This document shows, piece after piece, positions 17,301 through 26,570 of a DNA stretch of 64,000 bases (within the stretch, counting starts at the first letter, position 1; each line of letters opens with the position of its first letter). Both the position numbers and the translations under genes were made by a program. The DNA lies in contig CAYTCJ010000001.1 of assembly GCA_964436545.1 (NCBI GenBank), positions 78,392 through 142,391 of the forward strand, given 5' to 3'. The DNA comes from an uncultured Candidatus Saccharibacteria bacterium. Its GTDB lineage: Bacteria > Patescibacteriota > Doudnabacteria > UBA920. Below the pieces are notes generated by a model, which had not been told where the DNA came from, made no database searches, and saw only the letters and a program-made list of their open reading frames with translations.

Positions 17301-18680
17301 TTGTTATCAGTTATGACTCCCATTATCTTACATTTAGATATGAATAGTTATTTTGCCTCGGTGCTTCAGCAAGACAACCGGGCTTATAGAGGCAAGGTTT
17401 TAGGTGTGTGTGAGCATTTGGGCGGAATTATTATTTCTGCCAGCAAAGAAGCAAAAAAATGGGGTATAAAAACCGGCACGCCGGTGTGGGAAGCCAAAAA
17501 ACTTTATCCCAAAATTATTTTAACTCATACTACAGCGGAAAGGTTTAGGTTTTATACTCGTCGGTTAATTAAATTGGTTTCCGACTATACCGATCAGGTG
17601 GAAGTCTATAGCATAGATGAAGTGTTTCTTGATATTACGCGGACGTGTAATATCAGCCAATCAGCTTATCAGCATACAAGCTTGTCAGCTGGAGGGGGAG
17701 TTAATCCGTTTGCGGAAGCGGTAAATATGGCTTTGGAAATTAAACACCGCATGAAGCAGGAGGTGGGGGATTATTTAACTTGCAGTATTGGCATTGCGGA
17801 AAATAAAGTTTTAGCGAAAATCGGTTCAGATTTTAAAAAGCCGGATGGCATAGTAGTGATACAAAATTCTAAATCCGAAATTCTAAATCCGAAACAAATT
17901 TTAAATTCTAAATCCCAAATCTTAAATTTGCAAAAAGAAGATTTGTATCATTGCTTAAAGCTCACAGATGTGCCGGGAATTGGGGAGAGACAAGCAAAAA
18001 ATTTACATGCTCTAGGCATTAAAACTTTAGTGGATTTAAAACATTATCCCCAAAGTCATTTAATGGCTCGTTTTGGTAGAATTACCGGACATCATTTGCA
18101 TAATTTAGGCCAATTAAATGCTTCGTGGAAAACTTTGGTTCATCAACAACAAGAAATTAAATCAATCGGTCATATGTACACTTTGCCTAAAGAGTATCGA
18201 AAGCCGGAATTTTTTGAACCCGTGTTATTTAAACTGTGCGAGATGGTGGCTAGGAGGCTGAGGCGGAAAAATTTAGAAGGGAATGTAATCCATGCTTTTT
18301 GTTATTTTGAAGACCATCAAAATTGCGGTAATAGTTTGAAGGTGGGGGATTATATAAGTGATGGGCGGGAAATTTTTAGGTATGCCTCGGATATTTTAAA
18401 AATTTTAAATTCCCCCGCCTTCGGCACCCCCTCTTTGGCCACAGAGGGGGGAGGGGGAGTTAGGAAATTTAGCATGATTGGTATTACCATATCTAATTTA
18501 AGACCAGCCACAGGGCAATTAAGTTTATTTGGGCATAAAGAAGAGAATACAGGGTTATTAAAAGCTTTAGATAAGATTAATAACAAATATGGCGAATTCA
18601 CCGTAGCTCGTGCGCCAATTTTAGCTACCGGCAAAGTTTTTCGCGACAGTGTGGGTTTTGGCAGAGTTAAAGAGCTCTAG
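17301..18680 (+). CDS. dinB: DNA polymerase IV (Y-family) with in-frame repeat and hairpin insertions
   Basis: ILHLDMNSYFASV, SIDEVFLDIT and the PGIGERQAKNLHALGIKTLVDL HhH motif; inserts NSKSEILNPKQILNSKSQILNLQ and NSPAFGTPSLATEGGGGVRKF. Confidence 0.85.
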   Translation: MLSVMTPIILHLDMNSYFASVLQQDNRAYRGKVLGVCEHLGGIIISASKEAKKWGIKTGTPVWEAKKLYPKIILTHTTAERFRFYTRRLIKLVSDYTDQVEVYSIDEVFLDITRTCNISQSAYQHTSLSAGGGVNPFAEAVNMALEIKHRMKQEVGDYLTCSIGIAENKVLAKIGSDFKKPDGIVVIQNSKSEILNPKQILNSKSQILNLQKEDLYHCLKLTDVPGIGERQAKNLHALGIKTLVDLKHYPQSHLMARFGRITGHHLHNLGQLNASWKTLVHQQQEIKSIGHMYTLPKEYRKPEFFEPVLFKLCEMVARRLRRKNLEGNVIHAFCYFEDHQNCGNSLKVGDYISDGREIFRYASDILKILNSPAFGTPSLATEGGGGVRKFSMIGITISNLRPATGQLSLFGHKEENTGLLKALDKINNKYGEFTVARAPILATGKVFRDSVGFGRVKEL

Positions 18681-18779
18681 GTTATCCACATGCTTGACAA
18701 ATAATTTTTGCATGATAATCTTAATTCACAATTGAATATTTGTATAGACCTTTTGCAAAAGGTCTTATGTATAAATCGT

Positions 18780-18998
18780 TAATTTGGAAGTCGCGCTCCA
18801 AAGATGATGTGTCGCAAAATCGACAACGGAAACCAATCCGTAAAATTTGGTTCGGAATTATTGTTCCGGCCTGAGAGTCTTAAAGTAATATTTAAGGAAA
18901 ACAAGGTGGTACCGCGGTGAATCAATATCACATAGTAGATTGAGAATCCGTCCTTGAAAATAACAGTTTTTGTTATTTTTGTGGACGGATTTTATTAT
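18780..18998 (+). promoter_or_regulatory. Second T-box-like leader: AAGGUGGUACCGCGG (18903-18917) followed by an intrinsic terminator (18944-18998)
   Basis: Identical 16-mer CAAGGTGGTACCGCGG to the copy at 16650; hairpin AATCCGTCC...GGACGGATTTTATT. Confidence 0.45.
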
Positions 18999-19203
18999 TA
19001 GTAGGATTTTCGCTTTTGCAAAATACTCCCTCTGTTATTCCGAGCGAGTCTTCGCCAGCTGGCGGACGAGCCGAGGAATCCCTTATATATTCAAGACTTA
19101 AGGGATCCCTCCCATCTCCGCCAAGGCTACGGTGGGCAGGCCACTCATCTAAATTTACTAAGATAGGCTTGCCCGACGAAGCTTTGAGCGTAGTCGGGTT
19201 GGG

Positions 19204-20148
19204 ATGACAACAAAGACGGAAGTTCTAAAAAATTTTATGAATTATTTAAAAGATAACGATCTGACGCCCAAGCAAATTAAAGAAATTTTAGAATTAAGTG
19301 CTAAAGTCAAAGCCGAACCACAAACTTTTAGCCAAATTTTAAAAGGTAAGACCGTGGCCTTGTTGTTTGAAAAGGCTTCGCTCAGAACCAAATTTACTTT
19401 ACAAATTGGCATTGAACAATTGGGGGGTTATTCGGTTTTAAATGATGGTAAAATTCCAGACAGAGAGCCCATTGCCGATATTGCCAGAAATTTGGAAAGG
19501 TGGGTAGATATGGTTGTGGCGCGGGTGTATGCGCATGCTACCTTGGAAGAATTGGCCAAAAATTGCTCGAAACCGGTAGTCAATGCTTTAAGTGACTTAT
19601 ATCATCCGTGTCAGATTCTAGCCGATATGCTTACTTTGCAAGAAAAGTTTGGAGATTTAAAAAAAATTAAATTAGCTTTTGTCGGCGATGGTAATAATGT
19701 GTGTAATTCGCTAATTTTAGCCGGGATGGCTTTGGGGTTAGATTTAAGAGTCGTAACACCTGCTTCCTACGAACCGGAACAAGCAGTGGTGGCAAAAGGC
19801 AAGAAGTTAGGGGTGGGGAGTCATGGCCGTTTATTGATTACCCATCGGATTGCGCAAGCCGTGAAAGGTGTGGATGTGATTTATACCGACACTTGGGTAA
19901 GCATGGGACAAGAAGCCGAGGCCGATGTGCGCAGAAAGGCTTTTAAAGGTTTTCAAGTAACCGAAACAATGTTTAAGTTAGCTAAAAAGTCAGCGGTGTT
20001 TATGCATTGTTTACCCAAGCATCCGAACGAAGAGGTGGCTGATGAAATTTTTGAATCGTCAAGGTCGTTGGTTTTTGAGCAAGCGGAAAATCGTTTGCAT
20101 ACCATAAAAGGTTTGCTGATTTATTTGAATTCGTTTAAAGATTCGTAG
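19204..20148 (+). CDS. argF: Ornithine carbamoyltransferase
   Basis: SLRTK carbamoyl-phosphate motif, DTWVSMG and HCLP ornithine-binding motifs. Confidence 0.85.
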   Translation: MTTKTEVLKNFMNYLKDNDLTPKQIKEILELSAKVKAEPQTFSQILKGKTVALLFEKASLRTKFTLQIGIEQLGGYSVLNDGKIPDREPIADIARNLERWVDMVVARVYAHATLEELAKNCSKPVVNALSDLYHPCQILADMLTLQEKFGDLKKIKLAFVGDGNNVCNSLILAGMALGLDLRVVTPASYEPEQAVVAKGKKLGVGSHGRLLITHRIAQAVKGVDVIYTDTWVSMGQEAEADVRRKAFKGFQVTETMFKLAKKSAVFMHCLPKHPNEEVADEIFESSRSLVFEQAENRLHTIKGLLIYLNSFKDS

Positions 20149-20160
20149 TCCGCTTGAAGT

Positions 20161-21858
20161 TTGGGTTTATGGTATGATGTAAGAGTGAAATTTATTAAAA
20201 ATTTTGGAAGCTATATATACAATAACCCTGCGGGACAATGGATTCCGGTGTTTTTAATTTTAGTTGTTGGCACAGGTTTTTATTTTCAAAATTTAGGCAC
20301 GAGTTACATTACGCTGTGGGACGAGGTTGTGCATGTGAATGTGGTAAAAAATTTAAGCCAAACTTGGTGGCCACCCAAGTTGCATTTAACCGACATTGGG
20401 AGCGATTTTCAGGATTGGACCAATAATTATATTTGGGTGCATAAACCGCTGTTACCTTTATATCTTCAGGCCTTGGTATATAAATTTTCTCCCACTTTGT
20501 GGGCGTTTCGTTTGCCTGGGGTGATTTTCGCTTTAATGACAGGTGGGTGTTTATTTTGGCTGGTGAAAAAACATTTTGACGTAATTTCGGCTTGGGTGGT
20601 TTGCAGTTTTTTTGTGTTTAACCCGTATGTTTTGGAACTGGTAAAAGGTCGGCAGTTTTCCGGACTTCACGATTTAATGTTTGTTTTTTTTGGAGTTTTG
20701 GCGTTAAACCAACTTTTAAAGATAAGTAATTTGGGAGGGAGTTGGTTGTGGTTTGGTTTATTGGCCGGACTGGGTTATTTAAGCAAAGGCGGATTGGCTT
20801 TTTTATTTTTTATCCCTCTGTTAGCCATAGTGGGGCATCAACCAGCTAAAAAAACCGTAAGTTTAAATTTTTTGTATGCCGGTTTGGTTACACTAATAAC
20901 TATTTTTCCGGAAAAAGTTTATTTGTTAATTGTGTATCCGGCGGAATATTTTTTTGAACAGAGTTTGCAATTTTTACACTTGTTTAAATATTTGGAATAT
21001 TGGGGCCGGCCGTGGGATTATTATTTAAGTGTGTATTTAAGAGATATGCTCACGCCCCAAATGTATTTGGTGGGCTTGGCCGGAGTGGGGTTTGGTTTGT
21101 ATGCTTGGACCAGAGATTTTAAACTAAAGCTTTTAACCTTGTGGGTGTTGGCTTTTTTAGTGCCCCTATCGGTGGGCATGACAAAAATTTCCAATTTTAT
21201 TTTGGCAATTTTGCCGGCAATATATATTTTACTCAGTCAATTTTTTCTTTGGCAAATGCGCACTAAAAAGTATGCGGAGGTTTCGGCTTGGGCGAGTTTA
21301 AGTCTGGTGGTGTATGGGTTAGTCCGTTTAGATGTTGGCAGAATTAAATTGCATTTGTTTCAAGACTTTGCCGGAGTGCAAAGATTCGCTCTGGCGGGGT
21401 TTTCGCTGTTAGGGTTGGCTGTGTTATACAGCGGGTTTAAATTTATAAGCCAAAAAATTAATTTGGCAAGGACGGCTAAAATTTTATTGGGACTGAGCGG
21501 GTTACTCATAGTAGGCACTTACTTACGGGCCATGCAAATTAATAATCGTAAGTTTTTAAGTTTTGCCGATTATCCGGTGCAGGCCAATTTAAGCACCGTA
21601 GCGTCTAACTTGTCCGCCACTTTACCGCACAATGCCATTGTGCTCACTTATTTTCCCACGCTCCCCAAGTCGCACTTATACTTTCAATATTTTGCCAGCC
21701 GAGATGCGATGGAAATTTATAATCGACAACCTTTATTTTTGTTATTACAACAACTGCCCAAAAATCGCCCGAAATTTGTTTTATCAGAAATACCTCTCAG
21801 TTTTGAAACTTTGGCCTTAATTACCCCAGAGAGGTTATATTTCTATCAAGTCAAATAA
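20161..21858 (+). CDS. GT-C fold glycosyltransferase (ArnT/PMT-like, family 39/83) integral membrane protein
   Basis: 565 aa with about 12 TM helices; N-terminal loop region typical of dolichyl/undecaprenyl-phosphate sugar transferases. Confidence 0.5.
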   Translation: MGLWYDVRVKFIKNFGSYIYNNPAGQWIPVFLILVVGTGFYFQNLGTSYITLWDEVVHVNVVKNLSQTWWPPKLHLTDIGSDFQDWTNNYIWVHKPLLPLYLQALVYKFSPTLWAFRLPGVIFALMTGGCLFWLVKKHFDVISAWVVCSFFVFNPYVLELVKGRQFSGLHDLMFVFFGVLALNQLLKISNLGGSWLWFGLLAGLGYLSKGGLAFLFFIPLLAIVGHQPAKKTVSLNFLYAGLVTLITIFPEKVYLLIVYPAEYFFEQSLQFLHLFKYLEYWGRPWDYYLSVYLRDMLTPQMYLVGLAGVGFGLYAWTRDFKLKLLTLWVLAFLVPLSVGMTKISNFILAILPAIYILLSQFFLWQMRTKKYAEVSAWASLSLVVYGLVRLDVGRIKLHLFQDFAGVQRFALAGFSLLGLAVLYSGFKFISQKINLARTAKILLGLSGLLIVGTYLRAMQINNRKFLSFADYPVQANLSTVASNLSATLPHNAIVLTYFPTLPKSHLYFQYFASRDAMEIYNRQPLFLLLQQLPKNRPKFVLSEIPLSFETLALITPERLYFYQVK

Positions 21859-21861
21859 ATA

Positions 21862-21890
21862 TGGTATAATTAATAACATCAATCATTCAA
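21862..21890 (+). promoter_or_regulatory. Extended -10 promoter (identical 19-mer TAAATATGGTATAATTAAT)
   Basis: Exact repeat of the gpmI promoter motif upstream of ORF 21909. Confidence 0.5.
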
Positions 21891-21908
21891 TTTTGAAAGG
21901 AAATAAAA

Positions 21909-22172
21909 ATGGCAGAAGAACAATATAAGCAAATGCTTACCGATTTAATTAAAAAGCAAATGGTCGTGTTAGGGCCGAATATTGCTTTAGATAAAGCCAG
22001 AAAAGTGGCGGGTTTAAAGGTAAGTGATGAAGGCAATGTTTTAGTTGTGGAGGGGGATCCGCAATTGGTGTTAAAAGGCGTGGCCAACGAATATATGCAG
22101 TTGTCCGGACAAATTGCGCAAATGACTTTAAATAGTTTGGTGGAAAAGTATCCAACTTTAAAAAGCTTATAA
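21909..22172 (+). CDS. Hypothetical small protein
   Basis: 87 aa; RBS GAAAGGAAA upstream; preceded by an extended -10 promoter motif. Confidence 0.35.
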   Translation: MAEEQYKQMLTDLIKKQMVVLGPNIALDKARKVAGLKVSDEGNVLVVEGDPQLVLKGVANEYMQLSGQIAQMTLNSLVEKYPTLKSL

Positions 22173-22198
22173 AAACCAACAGGTAGGTTTGTTTTACT

Positions 22199-23863
22199 AT
22201 GTTTTTAAACTATTTGTTAATAATTAATTTTTTAATGCTGGCCATTGTGGTTACCGGCTACGCTTATTCCAGTACCCGGGAAAGAAAATATTTACATTCA
22301 GCGGCTTCGCAATCTTTGGAGCTTCAGCAAAAGGTGTATCAGGCGCAAGTTTTAAAAGAAATCAACGAAAGAATCGGTTATTCTTTAGATACTAACAAAA
22401 TTGTAGACATTATTACCAGCAGTTTGGGTAATTTATTGGAATACGATACGGTTTCGTATATGGTATTGGAGGCTAACCAAAAAGTGGTGTTTAAGTGCCA
22501 AGTGGAAAATTCGGTGAGTCATAAGTTTATTGAGGAAGTGAAAACCAAAATGTTAGATTCTTATTCGGCAATTTTAAACACCCACATTACTCCGGAAAAA
22601 ATTGACGAAAGTATTACCGGCAACATTTTGGATGATAGTTTAAAAGTCAGTGTGTTGTCTTTTTTTAATTTACCCGTGGTTATTTCCGGCAAATTAGTCG
22701 GGTTAATTAATGTGGCCAGTCAAACCAAGGGTCAGTATGGCGATAATCAGGCCACCATTTTATATACCATCACCAACCAAGCCGCTTTGGCTGTGTCGAA
22801 ACTGCAAGCGGTGTTGGAAAGCGAAAAAGGTAAATTGGCGGGAATTATTTATTCTTTAATCGATGGGGTAATTATGGTAGATACCGATAACCAGTTAATG
22901 GTTTATAACCCCACGGTGAGGAAAATTTTTAATTTACCGGCCGACAAACCGCTTACCATTTTTGACATTGTCGATGGTTTGGCGGGAAAAGTGGATTTAC
23001 GCACTAAAATTGAACAAGCCATTAAAGAAGACAAGCCGGTAATTGCTCCGGAAGTGTATTTAAAAGATAAAGCTTTGGAAATTACGGTTTCGCCGGTAAA
23101 AGATACCTCTGGGAATGTGTTTGGCGCCAGTGTGTTATTCCACGACATTACCACAGAAAAGTCGCTGGAAAAATTAAGGCAAGAATTTACCGCCATGATG
23201 GTGCATGAACTTAGAGCGCCTTTAACCGCAGTTAGGTGGTCCTCGGAAAGCATGGTAAAAAATTTAGCTACGGCCCAGGGGATTGATCCGCAAAAAATTA
23301 AAGACACGGCAGTTACCATTGAAACCGCTTCCAATAATATGCTGGAGTTGGTGAATGATTTGTTAGACGTGGCAAAAATTGAAGCGGGCAAATTTGAGCT
23401 GAATTTGCAAGATAACGATTTGGTGGAAATTTTAGTTTCGCAAGTTAAAGCTTTTAAATCTCAGGCGGAAATGAAGCATTTAACCATCAATTTAACCAAT
23501 CCGCCCAAATGCGTGGTAAAATTAGATAAAGTCAGAATTTCTCAAGTTTTGGGTAATTTGTTGTCTAATGCCATAAAGTATACGGACAGTGGTGAAGTGC
23601 AGGTGGATTTGCAAGTTAAAGAAGCGGAAAACCAAGTGGTGGTAGCGGTTAAAGATTCGGGGATTGGCATTCCTCAAGAAGATCTGAATTTGTTGTTTTC
23701 TAAGTTTAAACAATTAAAATCGGGCGATCGAAGCCGGAAAGGCACGGGTTTGGGTTTGGTGGTAAGCAAGGGGATTGTGGAGTCGCATAACGGGAAAATT
23801 TGGGCGGAAAGCGCGGGAGAAAATTTGGGCAGTATTTTTTATTTTTCATTACCAATTAAATAA
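22199..23863 (+). CDS. Sensor histidine kinase (N-terminal TM, GAF/PAS-like sensor, HisKA, HATPase_c)
   Basis: H-box MVHELRAPLTAV; N, G1 and G2 boxes NAIKYT, DSGIGIP, GTGLGL. Confidence 0.85.
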   Translation: MFLNYLLIINFLMLAIVVTGYAYSSTRERKYLHSAASQSLELQQKVYQAQVLKEINERIGYSLDTNKIVDIITSSLGNLLEYDTVSYMVLEANQKVVFKCQVENSVSHKFIEEVKTKMLDSYSAILNTHITPEKIDESITGNILDDSLKVSVLSFFNLPVVISGKLVGLINVASQTKGQYGDNQATILYTITNQAALAVSKLQAVLESEKGKLAGIIYSLIDGVIMVDTDNQLMVYNPTVRKIFNLPADKPLTIFDIVDGLAGKVDLRTKIEQAIKEDKPVIAPEVYLKDKALEITVSPVKDTSGNVFGASVLFHDITTEKSLEKLRQEFTAMMVHELRAPLTAVRWSSESMVKNLATAQGIDPQKIKDTAVTIETASNNMLELVNDLLDVAKIEAGKFELNLQDNDLVEILVSQVKAFKSQAEMKHLTINLTNPPKCVVKLDKVRISQVLGNLLSNAIKYTDSGEVQVDLQVKEAENQVVVAVKDSGIGIPQEDLNLLFSKFKQLKSGDRSRKGTGLGLVVSKGIVESHNGKIWAESAGENLGSIFYFSLPIK

Positions 23864-24009
23864 AATGTTCAATTTTTAATTTACAATTTTCAAAATTTTT
23901 TTTGCTTGGAAATTGATAATTGAGAATTGAAAATTAAATAATAATTTAGTCATTTCTAAATGTACTCACATTAGATGAGGCTAGGTTATATAATTTTGAA
24001 GGGATTATT

Positions 24010-24393
24010 ATGGCGAAAATTTTAGTTGCCGAAGATGACAAGCTCATTTCCGGCTCACTCTGTGACGGTTTAAAGGCCGCCGGTTTTGAGGCTTTTCCCG
24101 CTTACGATGGCGAGGAAGCAGTGGCAAAAGCCAAAGAAATTAAACCTGACTTGGCGTTGTTAGACATTATGATGCCAAAATTGGACGGGATTGGCGTGTT
24201 GTGGGAGTTTAAATCTAATCCGGAAACCGAAAAGTTGCCGGTAGTGGTGCTTACGAATATTGGCGATGTAGACACCATTAGCAAAATTGTGGAAGCCGGA
24301 GCTACTGACTATTTATTAAAGAGCGACCAATCTATAGACGAAGTCGTAAAAAAAGTGAATGAGGTGTTAAACCGCTCAGTGAAGCTGGGTTAG
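24010..24393 (+). CDS. Stand-alone response regulator receiver (CheY-like)
   Basis: ILVAEDD, LALLDIMMPKLDG and VVLTN receiver motifs. Confidence 0.85.
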   Translation: MAKILVAEDDKLISGSLCDGLKAAGFEAFPAYDGEEAVAKAKEIKPDLALLDIMMPKLDGIGVLWEFKSNPETEKLPVVVLTNIGDVDTISKIVEAGATDYLLKSDQSIDEVVKKVNEVLNRSVKLG

Positions 24394-24398
24394 TAAAT

Positions 24399-24818
24399 AT
24401 GAAAGTTGTTTTACAAGATCAATTTAGGTATATTTTACGGGTAGATGCCGGCGAAGAAGTTTTTGCTCAGCTTAAAAATTTTGCCGAGGCACATCAGATT
24501 TCATCCGCTTATTTTAGCGGGATTGGGGCGTGTAGCCAAGCTCAGCTCTCGTATTTTAACTTGCACAGCCGGCAGTACCAAACCCACTTATTTGGCGAAG
24601 ATATGGAAATTGTGGCATTAACCGGAAATGTGTCGCTCCTTAATGGGGAGGTGGCTTTGCATGCGCACGCGGTATTGGCTAAAGCGGATTTCACATGCCT
24701 AGGCGGGCATGTTATGAGTTTGACCATTTCTGCCACTTGCGAAATTTTTTTAGTTAAATTGGCAGAGCCGATGCACAGAACTTTTCAGACCGCATTAAAT
24801 TTAAATTTATTAAGTTAA
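24399..24818 (+). CDS. PPC-domain (DUF296) predicted DNA-binding protein
   Basis: Matches the DUF296 pattern: RVDAGEEV, FSGIGACSQAQLSYF, LTGNVSLLNGEVALHAHAVLAKAD, CLGGHV. Confidence 0.6.
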   Translation: MKVVLQDQFRYILRVDAGEEVFAQLKNFAEAHQISSAYFSGIGACSQAQLSYFNLHSRQYQTHLFGEDMEIVALTGNVSLLNGEVALHAHAVLAKADFTCLGGHVMSLTISATCEIFLVKLAEPMHRTFQTALNLNLLS

Positions 24819-24822
24819 CTTT

Positions 24823-25332
24823 ATGGATATTTTAGCTCATAGCTTGTGGACTAACGCGGTATTTTATAAAAAATTCAGACTGGAAACTCGGCAACGTTTT
24901 TTGGCCGTGTTCTTTGGGGTCTTGCCCGATTTAGTATCGTTTGTGCCCAGCACTGTTTATTTACTGTTCGTGGGCAAGCGGTTTTCACCGGCTTTGTTTG
25001 GCTCCGATTTGTGGGTATTTAAATACGCGGAAGCCTCGTATAACTACTCTCATTCCATGGTGATTTTTTTGGGTATCGCGTTATTAATTTTCGTTATTAG
25101 AAAAGGTAAGGTGTATTGGCCTATGTGGGGCTGGGCTTTGCATATTGTAATAGATATTTTTACGCATAAAAATTTTTACGAAACGCCGTTTTTGTTTCCT
25201 TTGTCGGGTTTTCGGTTTAGTCATGGGATTTCGTGGGCGCATCCCACTTTTATGTTGGTAAATTATTTGGCTTTAACCGCGGTTTATTTAATTTGGTTTT
25301 TGGTGTTACGAAAAAAATATGCCAAAACCTAA
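24823..25332 (+). CDS. Membrane-bound metal-dependent hydrolase-like protein (DUF457/YdjM-like)
   Basis: MDILAHSLWTN start, conserved His pairs (HIVIDIFTHKN), multi-TM. Confidence 0.4.
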   Translation: MDILAHSLWTNAVFYKKFRLETRQRFLAVFFGVLPDLVSFVPSTVYLLFVGKRFSPALFGSDLWVFKYAEASYNYSHSMVIFLGIALLIFVIRKGKVYWPMWGWALHIVIDIFTHKNFYETPFLFPLSGFRFSHGISWAHPTFMLVNYLALTAVYLIWFLVLRKKYAKT

Positions 25333-25819
25333 AATTAAAGAATTTTTTGTCATTGCGCATAATATTCGCTCCTTGCATAATGTGGGTTCAATATTTAGAA
25401 CCGCCGATGCGTTTAACATCACCAAAATCTATTTAACCGGGTTTACCGGCACGCCTGAGCATTATGTGCACCGGCAAAAAATTGAAAAAGTCGCTTTAGG
25501 GGCGGAAAAATTGGTGCCTTGGGAGTATGTAAAATCGCCCACTAAATTAATTAAGACCTTAAAAGCCAAGCAGGTGCAAATTGTGGCGTTAGAAAATCAT
25601 TTGCCTAAAGGGGTAAAGCTGGCTGGCCTTGTGGCGTTACATAAATTTAAACCCAAATTTCCTATTGCCTTAGTTTTGGGACAGGAAAGAAAGGGGATAA
25701 GCCAAGCGATACTGAATTTGTGCGATACAGCCGTGGAAATTCCCATGTATGGGCAAAAAGAAAGTTTAAACGTGTCTGTGGCGTTTGGAATTGCCGGTTT
25801 TTGTTTGACTGGGAAGTAA
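25319..25819 (+). CDS. SpoU/TrmH-family RNA 2'-O-methyltransferase
   Basis: SLHNVGSIFRTADAF, LVLGQERKGIS and LNVSVAFGIA SPOUT motifs. Confidence 0.8.
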   Translation: MPKPKIKEFFVIAHNIRSLHNVGSIFRTADAFNITKIYLTGFTGTPEHYVHRQKIEKVALGAEKLVPWEYVKSPTKLIKTLKAKQVQIVALENHLPKGVKLAGLVALHKFKPKFPIALVLGQERKGISQAILNLCDTAVEIPMYGQKESLNVSVAFGIAGFCLTGK

Positions 25820-25883
25820 TTGGGTTATATGCAAAATTGTTTTTGTGGATATCTGGAAAGTATAAGTAAAATCCTCAATAAAA

Positions 25884-25912
25884 TCAGCACTTTTGCTGGT
25901 TTTTTTATTTAA
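25884..25912 (+). terminator. Putative intrinsic terminator after the TrmH-like gene
   Basis: CAGCACTTTTGCTG hairpin followed by a run of seven T. Confidence 0.45.
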
Positions 25913-26115
25913 CCCTTTGGGTTTACTTTAGGGTTTTTGTGGTGTATAATTACATTAATTGGTGAAGAGTGGTATAAGGTGGTAAAAAATGGTGAAATTT
26001 GTGGATATCTTAAAACGCTGAATGTCCACTGAATTGACTGCAGTCGCTGAAAAAACGCTGAAGTCTTTGTCGGCGATTAATCAGCGTACACATCGGCCAT
26101 TAATCAGCGGTAAAT

Positions 26116-26547
26116 ATGTTTATAGGTGAATATCAAGCCAGCATAGATGAAAAAGGTAGAACCGCAGTGCCGGTTAAATTTAGAAAACTGTTAAAAAAGA
26201 AAGTGGTGGTTACTCGAGGTTTGGACCAGTCGTTATTTTTATACAATGTAGATGAGTGGAAAAAGTTAGCGGAAAAATTGGCTAGTCTCCCAATTTCTAC
26301 CGGTAACACCCGAGCTTTTTCCCGGCTCATGTTAGCCGGCGCTATGGATGTGGAAGTGGACAAGCAAGGCAGAATCAGTTTACCCGGGTATTTAAAAGAT
26401 TTTGCAAAGATGCAGAAGAAAATTATTTTTGCCGGCTTGTATAATCGGGTGGAAATTTGGAGCGAAGAGTTATGGAATGTATATAAAGCACAAACCGAAA
26501 AAGACAGTAACATTATTGCGGAACAGTTAGGCAGTTTGGGAGTATAA
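26116..26547 (+). CDS. mraZ: Transcriptional regulator MraZ
   Basis: Two SpoVT/AbrB-like halves with GEYQASIDEKGRTAVPVKFR and DKQGRISLPGYL. Confidence 0.9.
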   Translation: MFIGEYQASIDEKGRTAVPVKFRKLLKKKVVVTRGLDQSLFLYNVDEWKKLAEKLASLPISTGNTRAFSRLMLAGAMDVEVDKQGRISLPGYLKDFAKMQKKIIFAGLYNRVEIWSEELWNVYKAQTEKDSNIIAEQLGSLGV

Positions 26548-26570
26548 GATAATTGACCAAAATTTGAAAA

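Noticed and set aside
19016-19207. 63-aa ORF between the second T-box terminator and argF
   Set aside because: TTG start, no RBS, low-complexity translation; the GC-rich palindromic content suggests RNA or regulatory structure rather than protein.
22903-23391. 162-aa antisense ORF inside the histidine kinase gene (and similar antisense ORFs inside tkt, dinB, hppA, PBP and mnmA)
   Set aside because: Embedded opposite confidently assigned genes, with no independent signals.
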